A DNA stretch of 64,000 nt, from positions 215,399 to 279,398 of the forward strand of contig CAYPYS010000001.1 of NCBI GenBank assembly GCA_964415355.1. The letters run 5' to 3'. The letters are not shown here. The DNA comes from an uncultured Planctomycetia bacterium. GTDB lineage: Bacteria; Omnitrophota; Gorgyraeia; Gorgyraeales; Gorgyraeaceae. The first letter of the stretch is position 1. More notes on this DNA, generated by a model. The model had not been told where the DNA came from. It searched no databases and was given only the letters and a program-made list of their open reading frames with translations.

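Noticed and set aside
544-63398. All plus-strand ORFs in the track (e.g. 544..786, 5419..5961, 9034..9708, 11839..12315, 19010..19516, 40209..40469, 49498..49752, 55129..55371)
   Set aside because: Each lies entirely inside a strongly supported minus-strand gene (purH, RND, OMP, giant ORF). They are low-complexity S/L/P-rich antisense translations. Paired near-identical ones only mirror duplications in the real minus-strand gene.
28302-63917. The 11,871-aa ORF as a six-frame artefact or a run of separate genes
   Set aside because: Random AT-rich sequence gives a stop about every 20 codons, so 11,900 stop-free codons cannot be chance. Domain-level homology is continuous. The only hint of an internal boundary (34700) is reported as a finding, not assumed.

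Overview
AT-rich (~37% GC) bacterial chromosomal segment. Every credible gene is on the minus strand, with short gaps and some stop/start overlaps that suggest operons. Reading the minus strand 5'->3' (high to low coordinate):

- One giant ORF runs open from the right window edge (64000) to a TAA at 28302. It is at least 11,899 codons, and its 5' end lies outside the window.
- Next is a carbohydrate-utilisation cluster: PilZ, a CUT1-type ABC sugar transporter (binding protein plus two permeases), two clan GH-A glycoside hydrolases, a lipoprotein, a 930-aa putative outer-membrane protein and a ROK regulator.
- Then an efflux operon: a TolC-like channel, a periplasmic adaptor and two tandem RND permeases (MdtABC-like). 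The first permease carries an unusual Pro-rich linker and winged-HTH tail.
- Then a fragment of a type II secretion / type IV pilus-like cluster: a coiled-coil protein, GspF/PilC and two pseudopilins.
- Then a YchF/Obg-family GTPase and the 5' part of purH.

The most striking non-genic signal is a ~37-bp imperfect palindrome with consensus TAAC TTTACA yTTyAAC RwyG TTRAAr TGTAAA GTTA. I call it PIE here. It sits at 14 of 17 gene junctions in the first 28 kb (15 copies, one tandem pair), usually with the upstream gene's TAA stop inside its end. Its stems show compensatory variants (CTTTAC/GTAAAG, GTTTAC/GTAAAC, GTATAC/GTATAC). One degenerate copy lies in-frame inside the giant ORF.

Three further small hairpin families recur:
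- GTCATTCCCGCG-loop-GCGGGAAT hairpins in 5' leaders.
- GTCATTGCGAG...CTCGCAATGAC nested-hairpin elements, one intergenic and six in-frame in the giant ORF.
- GTAGGGGAGnCTTAAGnCTCCCCTAC long palindromes.

The giant ORF encodes a polytopic membrane mosaic containing:
- an N-terminal GNAT domain;
- at least 14 LuxR/GerE-type HTH units, including a tandem array of 8;
- two LspA (signal peptidase II)-like and two ICMT/PEMT-like membrane-enzyme domains;
- a 5-formyl-THF cyclo-ligase-like domain, a PIG-L/LmbE deacetylase-like domain, a HAD-like domain and an alpha/beta hydrolase (GxSxG);
- an ~11x 33-aa repeat array and several near-identical internal duplications.

No rRNA, tRNA or CRISPR array was seen. 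Plus-strand ORFs in the track are shadow ORFs of minus-strand genes. Several track starts ('MLKCKV...') are alternative-start artefacts that begin inside a PIE. Hand-counted coordinates of non-CDS elements may be off by 1-2 nt.
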